Both the position numbers and the translations under genes were made by a program. Positions 1 to 9,680 of a DNA stretch of 62,551 nt are shown piece after piece. This DNA is from Promethearchaeota archaeon. Lineage in GTDB: Archaea; Asgardarchaeota; Lokiarchaeia; Sigyniarchaeales; SOKP01. Under the pieces are notes generated by a model that did no database searches, was not told where the DNA came from, and was given only the letters and a program-made list of their open reading frames with translations. Each line of letters starts with the position of its first letter. Position 1 is the stretch's first letter. The stretch lies in NCBI GenBank assembly GCA_018238625.1, contig JABCSY010000010.1, forward strand, positions 1 to 62,551, given 5' to 3'.

Positions 1-1
1 T

Positions 2-163
2 GCATTTAATGGAACTCCCGTTTTTGACTTAAAGGCATACTTCCCGATATGCGATCGTGTCCGAGATTGTCATATCGCACCATGGTTAAAGGATTGGCCT
101 GAATACTTAGAAGATGGAATCATTTGGTGGCAAAAACAAGGATTTTTCGAAGAAGAAACATAA
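2..163 (+). CDS. 3' end of a TrmO/TsaA (YaeB)-family SAM-dependent tRNA methyltransferase-like protein (partial, runs off window start)
   Basis: Not in ORF track. Frame from base 2 reads AFNGTPVFDLKAYFPICDRV...FEEET*, matching the YaeB C-terminal DxxxGTPVLDIKPY motif. Confidence 0.65.
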   Translation, partial: AFNGTPVFDLKAYFPICDRVRDCHIAPWLKDWPEYLEDGIIWWQKQGFFEEET

Positions 164-215
164 ATCTATATTTCTATTTTTTTTAAAAAATGCAGAAAAA
201 AAAGAGGTGAAAAAT

Positions 216-1001
216 ATGGCAAAAATAATAGATATTAATGAGGAAAATATTGATGAGCTAGAGTTATTTTGTAAAAAAACAAAAAAGAAATTAGTTGGTT
301 ATCAAAATAAAGTGAAATGGATAAAAGAACGTTTTAAGGAAGGATTAAAATATAAATTACTTATAGTAAAGGAAAACAATAAAGAAACTTCTCGGGGTAT
401 GATAGAATACATTCCAGGTGAATATAATTGGCGAGGTATCCAAGCTAATGGTTGGATGGTCATTCATTGTCTATGGGTAGTTGGAAAGCATAAAAAAAAA
501 GGTTATGGTTCAAATCTTCTGCAAGAAAGTATTAAGGACGCAAAAAAAGCAGGAATGCATGGAGTAGTAGGCATGTCGGCGGATAAAGGAGGCTGGACTC
601 CAAAAACGAAGATATATTTAAATAATGGATTCGAAAAAGTAGATGAAATAAAACCATATTTCGGATTGTATGCCAAAATTTTTAATGATAAAGCGTCTAA
701 ACCAAAGTTTTATCCCATTTCAGATAATAAGGTAGAAGAATATCGTAAAGGAGTACATATTTTATACACTGACCAATGTCCTTACATAGTTGATCTAGTT
801 GACGAATTAGAAAAAGAATCTGATAAGAAGAACGAATCGTTGAATATAATTAAATTAGAAAATTGTAGAGAGGCTCAACAGAATGGCGTCCATCCTTATG
901 GAACTTATTGTATAGCTTGTAATGGAGAATTATCACTGTATAAACATACAACAAAAAAAGATATTCTTGCATTTTTAAATAAGGAAAGAGAAGAGATGTA
1001 A
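216..1001 (+). CDS. GNAT-family N-acetyltransferase, YoaP-like
   Basis: GMIEYIPGEYNWR, IHCLWVVGKHKKKGYGSNLL acetyl-CoA motif, YTDQCPY. Start placed at ATG 216 after GAGGTGA Shine-Dalgarno rather than 114. Confidence 0.85.
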   Translation: MAKIIDINEENIDELELFCKKTKKKLVGYQNKVKWIKERFKEGLKYKLLIVKENNKETSRGMIEYIPGEYNWRGIQANGWMVIHCLWVVGKHKKKGYGSNLLQESIKDAKKAGMHGVVGMSADKGGWTPKTKIYLNNGFEKVDEIKPYFGLYAKIFNDKASKPKFYPISDNKVEEYRKGVHILYTDQCPYIVDLVDELEKESDKKNESLNIIKLENCREAQQNGVHPYGTYCIACNGELSLYKHTTKKDILAFLNKEREEM

Positions 1002-1096
1002 ATAAGTAATTTAATTTACATTTCAATGGTTAACACATGCGCATTCTTGTTAAAATCTATTACAAAAGCATATAAATCTTAATGAATTGGCTTCAT

Positions 1097-1528
1097 TTAT
1101 TTTATAATATCTGTTATAAAACAAGTTTCCATTATTTTAACTCCTTTGATTGGAGATATTTTCTCTTCAATTAAAGGGTTAAACTGTTCAATAGTAGGAA
1201 TCTCCACTTTTATAAAAAGACCACAATTTCCACTTAAGCGCCAAATATCTGTAATCTCGTCAATTGCTTTTAATTCCTTCATTATATTTTTCATCTCCTT
1301 AAAGTCAGGTTCAATTTTAACAGTGGCTCTAGTTTGTGGTTTAGAATTGACACTATATTCTATAGTAAAACTTTTTATTATGCCCTCCTCCTTCAACTTA
1401 TTAACCCGCCTTCGAACCGTAGCTTCTGTTTTTCCTACTCGCTCAGAAATGGCTTTAAATGATATTCTACTATCTTCCTTCAATTCTTCTAAGATTTTTT
1501 CATCGATTGCGTCCAATATAATTTTCAA
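1097..1528 (-). CDS. Lrp/AsnC family transcriptional regulator
   Basis: LDAIDEKILEELKEDSRISF...TVRRRVNKLKEEGII HTH plus C-terminal RAM domain. Confidence 0.93.
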   Translation of the reverse strand: MKIILDAIDEKILEELKEDSRISFKAISERVGKTEATVRRRVNKLKEEGIIKSFTIEYSVNSKPQTRATVKIEPDFKEMKNIMKELKAIDEITDIWRLSGNCGLFIKVEIPTIEQFNPLIEEKISPIKGVKIMETCFITDIIK

Positions 1529-1823
1529 CCTCTTTAAAATATATTTAATATTTTACTAAAATGATCTATTTTATATATTATTTGTGATATTAAGTTAATT
1601 ATTTTTTTGTTTTCTAGTATTTAAATTTTTATTTTTTACTTGAAATTTTCGAAAAAAAGCGATTTTGGTCGATTTTGTATTATATAGTATAGTAATCTGA
1701 AAATTGTTTTTGTTAAAATAATCAAATATTTAGTGTGTTATTACTAAATTAATAATTTTGCATATTTTTTATATGTTTAACTACTAATGTTATCACTACT
1801 AAGATAAACTTAATAAAAAAAAA

Positions 1824-3455
1824 ATGATTATGGATTATTTTCTCGGTTTAGATTGTTCAACTCAAAGTTTAACGGCCGTTCTCATAAATTTGAGCAAAAA
1901 TAAACTTACTGTTAGGTATAGCATTAATTTTGACGAAGAATTACCACATTACAACACACAAAATGGCGTTTTTAGTTCAAATGGCGGTAAAGTTGTTCAT
2001 TCAAATCCATTAATGTGGGTAGAAGCTTTAGAATTATTATTTAAAGCGTTTGCTCTAAAAGAATTACCTATAAACGAAATAAAAGCAATTTCTGGTTCAG
2101 GTCAGCAACATGGAACGGTCTATCTAAACAATTCTTTCGAACCAACTCTAAAATATTTAGATTCTGAAAAATCTTTAGTAAATCAATTAAAGAAAGTCTT
2201 TACAAGAGAAACTAGTCCAATCTGGATGGATTCAAGCACAACCAAACAATGCGAAGAGATTCGACTCAAATTAGGCGGTTTAGAACCTACAATAAGTATA
2301 ACGGGGTCAAATACTTTTGAGAGATTTTCTGGACCGCAAATTAGGAAATTTTACCAACAAAATTACGACGGTTATATTCAAACTTCAACGATTCATCTCG
2401 TAAGCTCTTTTCTATCTTCAATATTACTAGGTAAAAGTTCGCCAATCGACCACGGAGATGGAGCAGGTATGAATTTAATGAACATTAGAACTAACCAATG
2501 GGACGATAAGGCTTTAGACGCTACGGCTCCAAATTTGAGACAAAAATTACCGGCTCTTACTAACTCTTACGATGTTGTAGGGAAAATATCTCCTTTTTTT
2601 GTGGAAAGATATGGTTTTTCTCCAGAAACTGTCTTAGTTGCATGGTCAGGAGATAATCCTAATAGTTTAATCGGCGTTGGTCTTACAGAGAAGGGTAAAG
2701 CCGCAATTAGCTTAGGTACAAGCGATACTTATTTTAGTTTTATGAAAAACTTATCATTTGATATGTCGGGAGAAGGACATGTTTTCAGAGCGCCTACAGG
2801 AGATTTTATGAGTTTGATCTGTTTTAAAAATGGGTCTTTAGCAAGAGAAGCTATTATAGATAAATTCAATCTAAATTGGGACGAATTTGGCGAAATTCTA
2901 AGAAAAACGCCACCAGGGAATTTTGGTAAAATTATGTTGCCATATTTCTTGCCTGAAATAGTACCCTTAGTTTTAGAACCAACTGTTTATAGATTTGGTT
3001 TTGATGAGAATGATATGCAAAGCAATGTCCGAGGGATCATTGAAGCCCAATTTCTGTCAATGAGATTGCACTCCGAGTGGATCCAAGAACAAACTGAAGA
3101 GATTTACGCCACAGGAGGGGCGTCTGTTAATAAAGAAATATTACAAATCGCGTCAAACATATTTAATACTAAGATTTACCAATTTGAAATTACTAATTCC
3201 GCGGCATTAGGTGCCGCTCTAAGAAGCGCTAAAACTTATTACGATTCTATAAATGAAAGGACGAATTGGACTGAATTAGTAAATAGCTTTCTAAAAATCC
3301 AAGATAATTATATAATACAACCGAATAATAAGTACAAAAAATTATACGATGATTTGCTCGAAGTGTATAGGAAATGTGAAAAATTTACTTTAAAGCAAGG
3401 GGAAGATCCAGAGCATTTTAGGAAAAAATTTGTAGAAAAGTATTTCGGTAATTAA
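1824..3455 (+). CDS. xylB: FGGY carbohydrate kinase, D-xylulokinase (XYLB/Xks1-like subfamily)
   Basis: LGLDCSTQS, ISGSGQQHGTVY, SPIWMDSST, ERFSGPQIRK, GDNPNSL, ISLGTSDT, CFKNGSLARE, ATGGASVN. Confidence 0.85.
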   Translation: MIMDYFLGLDCSTQSLTAVLINLSKNKLTVRYSINFDEELPHYNTQNGVFSSNGGKVVHSNPLMWVEALELLFKAFALKELPINEIKAISGSGQQHGTVYLNNSFEPTLKYLDSEKSLVNQLKKVFTRETSPIWMDSSTTKQCEEIRLKLGGLEPTISITGSNTFERFSGPQIRKFYQQNYDGYIQTSTIHLVSSFLSSILLGKSSPIDHGDGAGMNLMNIRTNQWDDKALDATAPNLRQKLPALTNSYDVVGKISPFFVERYGFSPETVLVAWSGDNPNSLIGVGLTEKGKAAISLGTSDTYFSFMKNLSFDMSGEGHVFRAPTGDFMSLICFKNGSLAREAIIDKFNLNWDEFGEILRKTPPGNFGKIMLPYFLPEIVPLVLEPTVYRFGFDENDMQSNVRGIIEAQFLSMRLHSEWIQEQTEEIYATGGASVNKEILQIASNIFNTKIYQFEITNSAALGAALRSAKTYYDSINERTNWTELVNSFLKIQDNYIIQPNNKYKKLYDDLLEVYRKCEKFTLKQGEDPEHFRKKFVEKYFGN

Positions 3456-3495
3456 ACATGAAAAAATCTGAAAAAGAAATAAAAAAAAAAACCTT

Positions 3496-5055
3496 TTAAT
3501 TGAGTTTTAAACGAGCGTTTCCATTCATCACTTTTCCATTAAGTATCATATCTACTGCTTGCATACCACCTAATAAAGAACCAAACACTCCGTGTACAAA
3601 TTTCGGTTGGAACAAACCCTTAATTGGAGTTCTTATCTTTAAACGAGAACGACCAAAATTATTTGTAGTGGGCGCCATATCAAAGATTGAACCTGAAGGA
3701 GAATTAGAATAACGAGCGTAAGTTGCTGGTGTAGAAATATCTGTAATAAGAATATGTTTCCTGAGATCTGGAATAAGATAATTCTCTACAATACCTATAA
3801 AAAAATTGCCCCATTGTTCTTTTCTTTTTTCATATTCCTCTTTATTGCTTTCCCTTAATTCACTCCAATCTGCGAGGGCCATAGGTGTTACTCGGATCGT
3901 GATATTTGGTTGCCCTCCTGTAGTAAGTGAAGGACAGATTACTCCGATATGAAATCTTTTTTCAGAAAAACCGATCTCTCCTTTCTCGTATGCGTCGAAT
4001 AATCGATCATATGTATCTCCTCCTGTAGTAATGACATTATAACCGCAATCCATACCTAAAGCAGCTAAGTCAAGTTTATCATCTAATCCTAAGCTTACAT
4101 TAAACGAAGATGTAGACATTTTTACGGACTCGATTTTATCAGCATATTTTTTATTTGCTTTGCGAATTTCTTTTAACCCAACTAATTTTTTCATAGCCAA
4201 CATTGTGTCTATGGTGGTAATTACATAATCTGCGTAGATTTCTTCTCCTCCTTTAAGACGCACACCTTTGACCTGATTGTTTTCTACTAAAATCTTCTCA
4301 ACTTCGCTACTTAGCTTAAGTTCACCTCCTAAACTCAAATATCTTTCTTGGAGTTTGTTAGAAAAGTCAATAAAACCCAATTTCGTTCGATAGGCACCAT
4401 CCAATAGTGAATTCATTGCTGCTAGTGGTACTAAAGCTGTAACCTGTTCTGCTGGTAGAGCACTAAAATCAGCAAATACATTAAAAATTTCAATCACTTC
4501 TGGCTCAGTAATTCTAAACTTATCAAAATATTCTTTAAATGTTTTTGAAGCATTTTTTATGATTTTAGGACATGAGAATAACAACTTTAAAATTTCGAAA
4601 AAAGTAGGTTCAACCTTTAAATTAAATAGTTCTAAATACATAGCACGTGAATGGTCTATAAATTTAGTAATTTGTTCTGCATTATTAGGATATGTTTCAA
4701 TTAGCATCTGTTTAAATTTTTCCACTCCTGATGGTAACTCAAGCACTTTAATCTCTCTTGTCTCAGGATTGACAACAAATATTCTCATGTAATAACCTTT
4801 AAACTTTTTAAGCTCAATCTCAACGCCTAGATATTCAAGAATGTCAAAAATATTTGGTAAGATTTGACAAGTATCAAATACAAACCCTTCTCTTTCATAT
4901 GACGTAACAAATCCGCCAACCTTAGGTTCTTTTTCAACAAGAAGAACTGGATGCGTTTTAGTATCATGATTAAGCGCCCATGTTATGGCAGCACTCAAAC
5001 CGGTCGCACCTGCCCCTATTACTATTAAGCTCTTTTTTTCAACATTTTGACTCAT
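3496..5055 (-). CDS. Phytoene desaturase/retinol saturase-like FAD-dependent oxidoreductase
   Basis: IVIGAGATGLSAA Rossmann motif, VEKEPKVGG...YEREGFVFD, STPATYARY...GSIF. An alternative GTG start lies at 5064. Confidence 0.85.
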   Translation of the reverse strand: MSQNVEKKSLIVIGAGATGLSAAITWALNHDTKTHPVLLVEKEPKVGGFVTSYEREGFVFDTCQILPNIFDILEYLGVEIELKKFKGYYMRIFVVNPETREIKVLELPSGVEKFKQMLIETYPNNAEQITKFIDHSRAMYLELFNLKVEPTFFEILKLLFSCPKIIKNASKTFKEYFDKFRITEPEVIEIFNVFADFSALPAEQVTALVPLAAMNSLLDGAYRTKLGFIDFSNKLQERYLSLGGELKLSSEVEKILVENNQVKGVRLKGGEEIYADYVITTIDTMLAMKKLVGLKEIRKANKKYADKIESVKMSTSSFNVSLGLDDKLDLAALGMDCGYNVITTGGDTYDRLFDAYEKGEIGFSEKRFHIGVICPSLTTGGQPNITIRVTPMALADWSELRESNKEEYEKRKEQWGNFFIGIVENYLIPDLRKHILITDISTPATYARYSNSPSGSIFDMAPTTNNFGRSRLKIRTPIKGLFQPKFVHGVFGSLLGGMQAVDMILNGKVMNGNARLKLN

Positions 5056-5138
5056 AATTCCCACTTAATTTTATAAATTTTATAAAAAGATTTTTAATAT
5101 GTATAATGAGATATATATGAATTTAAAATAATATAAGT

Positions 5139-5312
5139 GTGATAAAAATTAAAAAAAATGGAAAAATATTCATTGCTATTATTATCGTAGCACTGGTTAT
5201 TACTCTTGGTATTATCATCTCTGTAGCAGTCGATAATCTAATCCCCACAGATATCAACGGAGGGGGATGATCTTGCTCAGCTATCTTTTATCAGAAAATA
5301 TTTCTAACCTAA
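5139..5312 (+). CDS. Putative small single-TM selenoprotein (57 aa, in-frame UGA at 5268-5270); 43-aa membrane peptide if UGA is a stop
   Basis: GTG start; MIKIKKNGKIFIAIIIVALVITLGIIISVAVDNLIPTDINGGG-[TGA]-SCSAIFYQKIFLT-TAA TAA TAA; SECIS-like hairpin follows. Not in ORF track. Confidence 0.55.
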
Positions 5313-5322
5313 TAATAAAATA

Positions 5323-5364
5323 AAGGATGACTTTTACGAAAAAATTATAGTCGTAAAATGACTT
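5323..5364 (+). promoter_or_regulatory. Candidate eukaryote-like SECIS element
   Basis: AUGAC (5327-5331), 8-bp perfect helix UUUUACGA/UCGUAAAA, loop starting AAAAA, then UGAC (5359-5362), giving the tandem G.A/A.G core; lies 15 nt after the stop of a UGA-containing ORF. Confidence 0.55.
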
Positions 5365-5501
5365 ACCCCGCAAGGGTAAAAAGAAAAAAAATAATATAGT
5401 ATGAAATAGTATGAAATATTAATTAGTTTATTAATTAACAAAATTCTTTTAAGTGCTCAAAACCTCTTAAATTGCGCGATTTTGTTTAATGGTGTAAAAA
5501 A

Positions 5502-6299
5502 ATGTCACATGAAACTCCCGAGAAAGTTAAAGAATCTCTACGTTCGATTGGTTTAACGGATTACGAGATATCAATATATTTAACTTTAATTTCAAAAGGA
5601 CCTATGGACGCGAGAGAGCTTTCTGAAGCCTCAAAAGTTCCATATTCCCGAATTTATAACATTTTAACTCAATTAGAAAAAGATAAAATGTGGATTTTAA
5701 AAGAGGAAGAATCAAGACCGTCGAGATATTTTGCAAAAAGCCCTGATGAAGCTTTGGTAATCGCAAAGAAACAATACAGCGATAGTTTTGACGGGTATTC
5801 AGACATAATTATTCGTGCTCTTACGCCCATTTACGAATCTCACGATACTCCGATAAAAGTTGCTTTATATATTCATCGGGGAAGAGATGTTTGTATTAAT
5901 AGAGGTTTATCTATAATAAATACAGCAAAAATGGCCCTATACTTTGTCACACAAGATTACGAATTTTTAGATGTGTTTTACGAGGAAATAAAAAAAGCAA
6001 GAGCTCGAGGAGTCACAGATATTAGACTACTAGTCGAAGAAGTAATAATAAAAGACAAAAAATTTAGAGAAATCCTTGATAAATACGCTCAAATCGCTGA
6101 AATTCGTTCCCGTGATCAAATTTTTGGGACTAGCTTGGTAATGGACGAAGGTGAAGACGCCTTTATAATTTTGACACAAGACATTTTTAAGAAATTATCT
6201 TATTTTGGCGTTATGGCCGATCATATCGCTTTTGGACCAGCTAGCAATTATTATTTTATGTATTTATATAATACGGCTGATGTAGTTAAATTAAAATAA
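5502..6299 (+). CDS. TrmB family transcriptional regulator
   Basis: LRSIGLTDYEISIYLTL...ARELSEASKVPYSRIYNILTQL...RPSRYFAKSP, plus C-terminal effector domain. Confidence 0.9.
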   Translation: MSHETPEKVKESLRSIGLTDYEISIYLTLISKGPMDARELSEASKVPYSRIYNILTQLEKDKMWILKEEESRPSRYFAKSPDEALVIAKKQYSDSFDGYSDIIIRALTPIYESHDTPIKVALYIHRGRDVCINRGLSIINTAKMALYFVTQDYEFLDVFYEEIKKARARGVTDIRLLVEEVIIKDKKFREILDKYAQIAEIRSRDQIFGTSLVMDEGEDAFIILTQDIFKKLSYFGVMADHIAFGPASNYYFMYLYNTADVVKLK

Positions 6300-6377
6300 A
6301 TGCTTCCTGAATAATCAAATAAAAGCTTCTACAACATTTTTTATGCAACTTTTCTTCTTAAGCTGAAGGTGTAATAA

Positions 6378-8387
6378 TTATTGCTTCTTATTAGTAAAAA
6401 CGGGAAGGATTACATGTGATTGATTAACTTCATCGTGATATATAGTTTGAGTAGCAACCTTGTACCCATTTTCATTATCTACCCCTGCAAGATTGGAATT
6501 TACGTCGAATCGAGGAAAATTGCTTGAAGTTATTTCTATGCGTATTTTGTGGTTTTTTGGAAAATAGATACCAATTGAACCAATAGCGAATTCGTATTTA
6601 TAAATTTTATTTGGTTTGATAAGTTTCGGTTCGTTCAGATCGCCATTAAGAAAGCGAGTTCTTACGCCAGAATCTATAACATTTATTGACTTCTTTCCAT
6701 TAGGATAAACATCAACTAGTTTAACCATAAAATCTGTATCCCGTACGGTGGTGGAAGCAAAAAGGACAATTCTGACCTCACCGATGATTTCTATGCCTTT
6801 TTCGAGCGTTTTTGAAGTATAAACCAACACATCATCACGCTTTTCAATGTTAGTCTGATCTTGAGGGCCGCTTAAGAGAAAAAGGTTTCTTCCACCCTTT
6901 GTAATCACAGGATTGGCAGGATCGAAATGATATTTATCGGGCGCTTCTTCTTTCGGATTCTTTTTTGAAAGGGTACCATCTCCGAAAAGGCTATTACTTT
7001 TTCCATTTGAATGCAAGTATAGTTTTAATTCATTGGAAGAAGGAGGCCACTTTTTAAAACCTCTCCATATATTTTTATTTAGCACAAATACTTGTATTGG
7101 AGGTAGTTTTGAAACATCTGTCGCTTCTCCTTTTAACCAAGATTCGTACCACCAAAATGGAAGGATATTTTTAAAAAACCTGAAGTCGTCTTTTAAATGT
7201 GCGTACTTTAATGGCTTAATAAATAATTTATCCATATTCATGTGCGTCCAAGGACCAACGATCATCTTAAAATCCTCTTTGAAGAATTTTGGAGCCCTTT
7301 CTTGTATCAACTTCGCGTCTCGTACCATATGTTCGATAAACATGTCGTACCAACCGCCAATAAAGAGAATTGGAGTTTTAAATTTATAATCAAGTCCAAA
7401 TACATATGGGGATAATTCGTGATTGTGAAATAATTTTCTCTCGTAGAACACTTCCTTTATCAACTTGGAGAACGAACCTTCGTCCTTTTTAGAAACATCT
7501 ACGTCCGTTTTATAGACTCGATTCATAATCTTCATCAAGTATTTAGCTCCTTCTATACTTGCCATATCAGACAATTTTGGTATTTTTGAGTCTAAAGGTT
7601 CGTTATAAAAGCTAATAGAGGGGTTAAAAAACAATTGCTTGTAATATCCATCTTTATCCCACTGATCAAAATCCATAGTTGTTAGTTTTTTCATGCTTGA
7701 GGTTGAATTCATGATTAAATAAAGAGACCCTGACAAACCAATTGGATACAAACCTCCAGGATGCCAAAAAACGTTTGAAAAAGAACTGTGAATTGGACTT
7801 AAACATGTAAGTAAATTTTCGTTATTCCAGGATACAGATAATTGTGTTATGCCCAAATAGGACATCCCCCACATTGCTACTTTTCCATTGTGCCAAAATC
7901 GTTTAGTAATCCAACGCAAAGTCTCTAAACCATCTTGTCGTTCATACATATATATCGAATTAGTGCTATATTCGCTTGATTGTGCAGAACCTCGTATATC
8001 TTGGAGAACTGAAACAAAACCTTTAGACGCTAAAAAGTATCCTAAAATGCTAAGTCGATCTTTCCAATAAGGTAGTCTTATTAGTATTGTAGGACCTTTA
8101 CCTTTCTTTTTGTAAATTTCTTTCGGTAAATATATGTCGGTTGCTAACTTTCCTCCATCTTCAAGAGTTATGAGGGTTTGCTTTAATCTAATGACATCGT
8201 TTTCAGGTAAAAAACTAATTTTTTGAAGTTTACCCAAACGCCCAATTATTTTAAAAATTTTAAATAGCGGGGGGAAAACGTAATCTACAAAAAATGCCAT
8301 GCGAATAATAATTGAGCTTAGTGGAGTCAAAATTGTAGGTAGTTTAAGACCAATTTTGATTTCCTTAGGGTTAAATTTTTGTTGCAT
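6378..8387 (-). CDS. CocE/NonD family serine hydrolase (peptidase S15)
   Basis: LATDIYLP, QDIRGS, WGMSYLG nucleophile elbow, GGWYD, VGPWTH, DTDFMVKLVDVYP, ITSSNFPRFDVN. Confidence 0.92.
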   Translation of the reverse strand: MQQKFNPKEIKIGLKLPTILTPLSSIIIRMAFFVDYVFPPLFKIFKIIGRLGKLQKISFLPENDVIRLKQTLITLEDGGKLATDIYLPKEIYKKKGKGPTILIRLPYWKDRLSILGYFLASKGFVSVLQDIRGSAQSSEYSTNSIYMYERQDGLETLRWITKRFWHNGKVAMWGMSYLGITQLSVSWNNENLLTCLSPIHSSFSNVFWHPGGLYPIGLSGSLYLIMNSTSSMKKLTTMDFDQWDKDGYYKQLFFNPSISFYNEPLDSKIPKLSDMASIEGAKYLMKIMNRVYKTDVDVSKKDEGSFSKLIKEVFYERKLFHNHELSPYVFGLDYKFKTPILFIGGWYDMFIEHMVRDAKLIQERAPKFFKEDFKMIVGPWTHMNMDKLFIKPLKYAHLKDDFRFFKNILPFWWYESWLKGEATDVSKLPPIQVFVLNKNIWRGFKKWPPSSNELKLYLHSNGKSNSLFGDGTLSKKNPKEEAPDKYHFDPANPVITKGGRNLFLLSGPQDQTNIEKRDDVLVYTSKTLEKGIEIIGEVRIVLFASTTVRDTDFMVKLVDVYPNGKKSINVIDSGVRTRFLNGDLNEPKLIKPNKIYKYEFAIGSIGIYFPKNHKIRIEITSSNFPRFDVNSNLAGVDNENGYKVATQTIYHDEVNQSHVILPVFTNKKQ

Positions 8388-8522
8388 ACTTTAAAATTAA
8401 TAAAAGTTAAAGATTTTTGAACTTAATTGTTTCCTTTTGCCCTTGCTTAAAAAATCTAAGGTCAACTCAAACGTTTTTTTGATTTGTCCAAATAATAAAA
8501 AGAGAAATGATTAAAAAATAAA

Positions 8523-8981
8523 TTACTTCAGAAACGCTCTCTTTCCTAAGTATATAAAGAGCTCGCCCAATTCAAAGATCGTGAGCGGATAGACTAAGTT
8601 AGCCATGTCAGTTCTTAACTGAATTTTGTTTTTACCGGAACAAATTAATTTTTCTATATCCTCTACAAAGTCATCCATGTCTAAGAAAAGTATTTCAATT
8701 TTATCGCACCCGGTTAATTCTTCGATGTCTTTATCTAAATGTTCTTCGACTTGATTTAATAGCCCTAATTTTAACTTAGGGGACAATTGATATTCAGTGA
8801 TAACTTCGTTCATTTCCTCTAGAATAATATTTAAAGTTAAGTTCCAATCTTTATTCTCTTTATATTTTGGAATTAACACTTCGCTTATTATTATTTCAAA
8901 AAGAGTTTTGGGCGCTTGTTCGTCGAATTCAACCTCTAAACCAGACCTTAGTTTAATTTTTTTAACCAATTCGAACCTCAA
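8523..8981 (-). CDS. Hypothetical protein
   Basis: 152-aa ORF with normal composition; no recognised motif. Confidence 0.6.
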   Translation of the reverse strand: MRFELVKKIKLRSGLEVEFDEQAPKTLFEIIISEVLIPKYKENKDWNLTLNIILEEMNEVITEYQLSPKLKLGLLNQVEEHLDKDIEELTGCDKIEILFLDMDDFVEDIEKLICSGKNKIQLRTDMANLVYPLTIFELGELFIYLGKRAFLK

Positions 8982-9225
8982 CTCAATAATTTATTTGCTT
9001 AAAATTTGCTTCTTATTAAATAATAGACTATTTTTTTTTATACTTTTTGGGACTTTATAAAACTTGAGTTAAAATCAGCAATTCAAAAATATAACTAATT
9101 TTTTCAGTCTGAAAAAAGGAGTAAATCGGAAACCAAGACTTTCAAAATTTTAAAAATTGAATACTAAGTTCTATCGGACTTAAACTATGACTTAAAACTT
9201 AACTTATAACATAGGAGAACTAAAA

Positions 9226-9513
9226 TTGTTTAAAGTAAACGTAAAAAAAGCGAGGTTCGCGTTGAAAAACGCCTTACTCTTAACTCACGCGACTTCGACG
9301 ATAATATTTGTGGCGATAAGTATAATCTTAACGTTGTGCGGAGCTGTGCCTCTAGACTTACCGATCGAGGAGGTCTCTTTGGACTATTACTGGGCTAATC
9401 TGAGCCTATACGCTCAAATCTTTTCGTGGGTGTTTGTTATTACTCTTATAGAGATAACGGTCGCGAAAAAAGCAATAAAAAAAAGTTATATCGTATCGAA
9501 CGAGAACCCGTAA
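9226..9513 (+). CDS. Hypothetical membrane protein (2 TM)
   Basis: AGGAG upstream of TTG start; two hydrophobic segments. Confidence 0.5.
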   Translation: MFKVNVKKARFALKNALLLTHATSTIIFVAISIILTLCGAVPLDLPIEEVSLDYYWANLSLYAQIFSWVFVITLIEITVAKKAIKKSYIVSNENP

Positions 9514-9680
9514 AAATCTAAAGTTCGATCGGTCGATATAAAAAGGAAAAATTCCGGGCTTTTCGATAAACCGATTAAGCCAAAAGGTTTAAATAATCGC
9601 GAAATAATGATATTTTAAAGAAAGATAAAATTCGACCTAAGCAAATCTTTTAAGGATAAGAAATCGTTTAAAACAAAAGT

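Noticed and set aside
114-215. N-terminal extension of the GNAT ORF
   Set aside because: It overlaps the end of the upstream YaeB-like gene and a T/A-rich spacer; a good SD precedes ATG 216.
1146-1559. Antisense and alternate-frame ORFs in the track (this one and, for example, 7033, 10019, 16207, 20085, 23805, 25534, 44228, 53357, 58090)
   Set aside because: They are shadows of well-supported genes and have no recognisable motifs.
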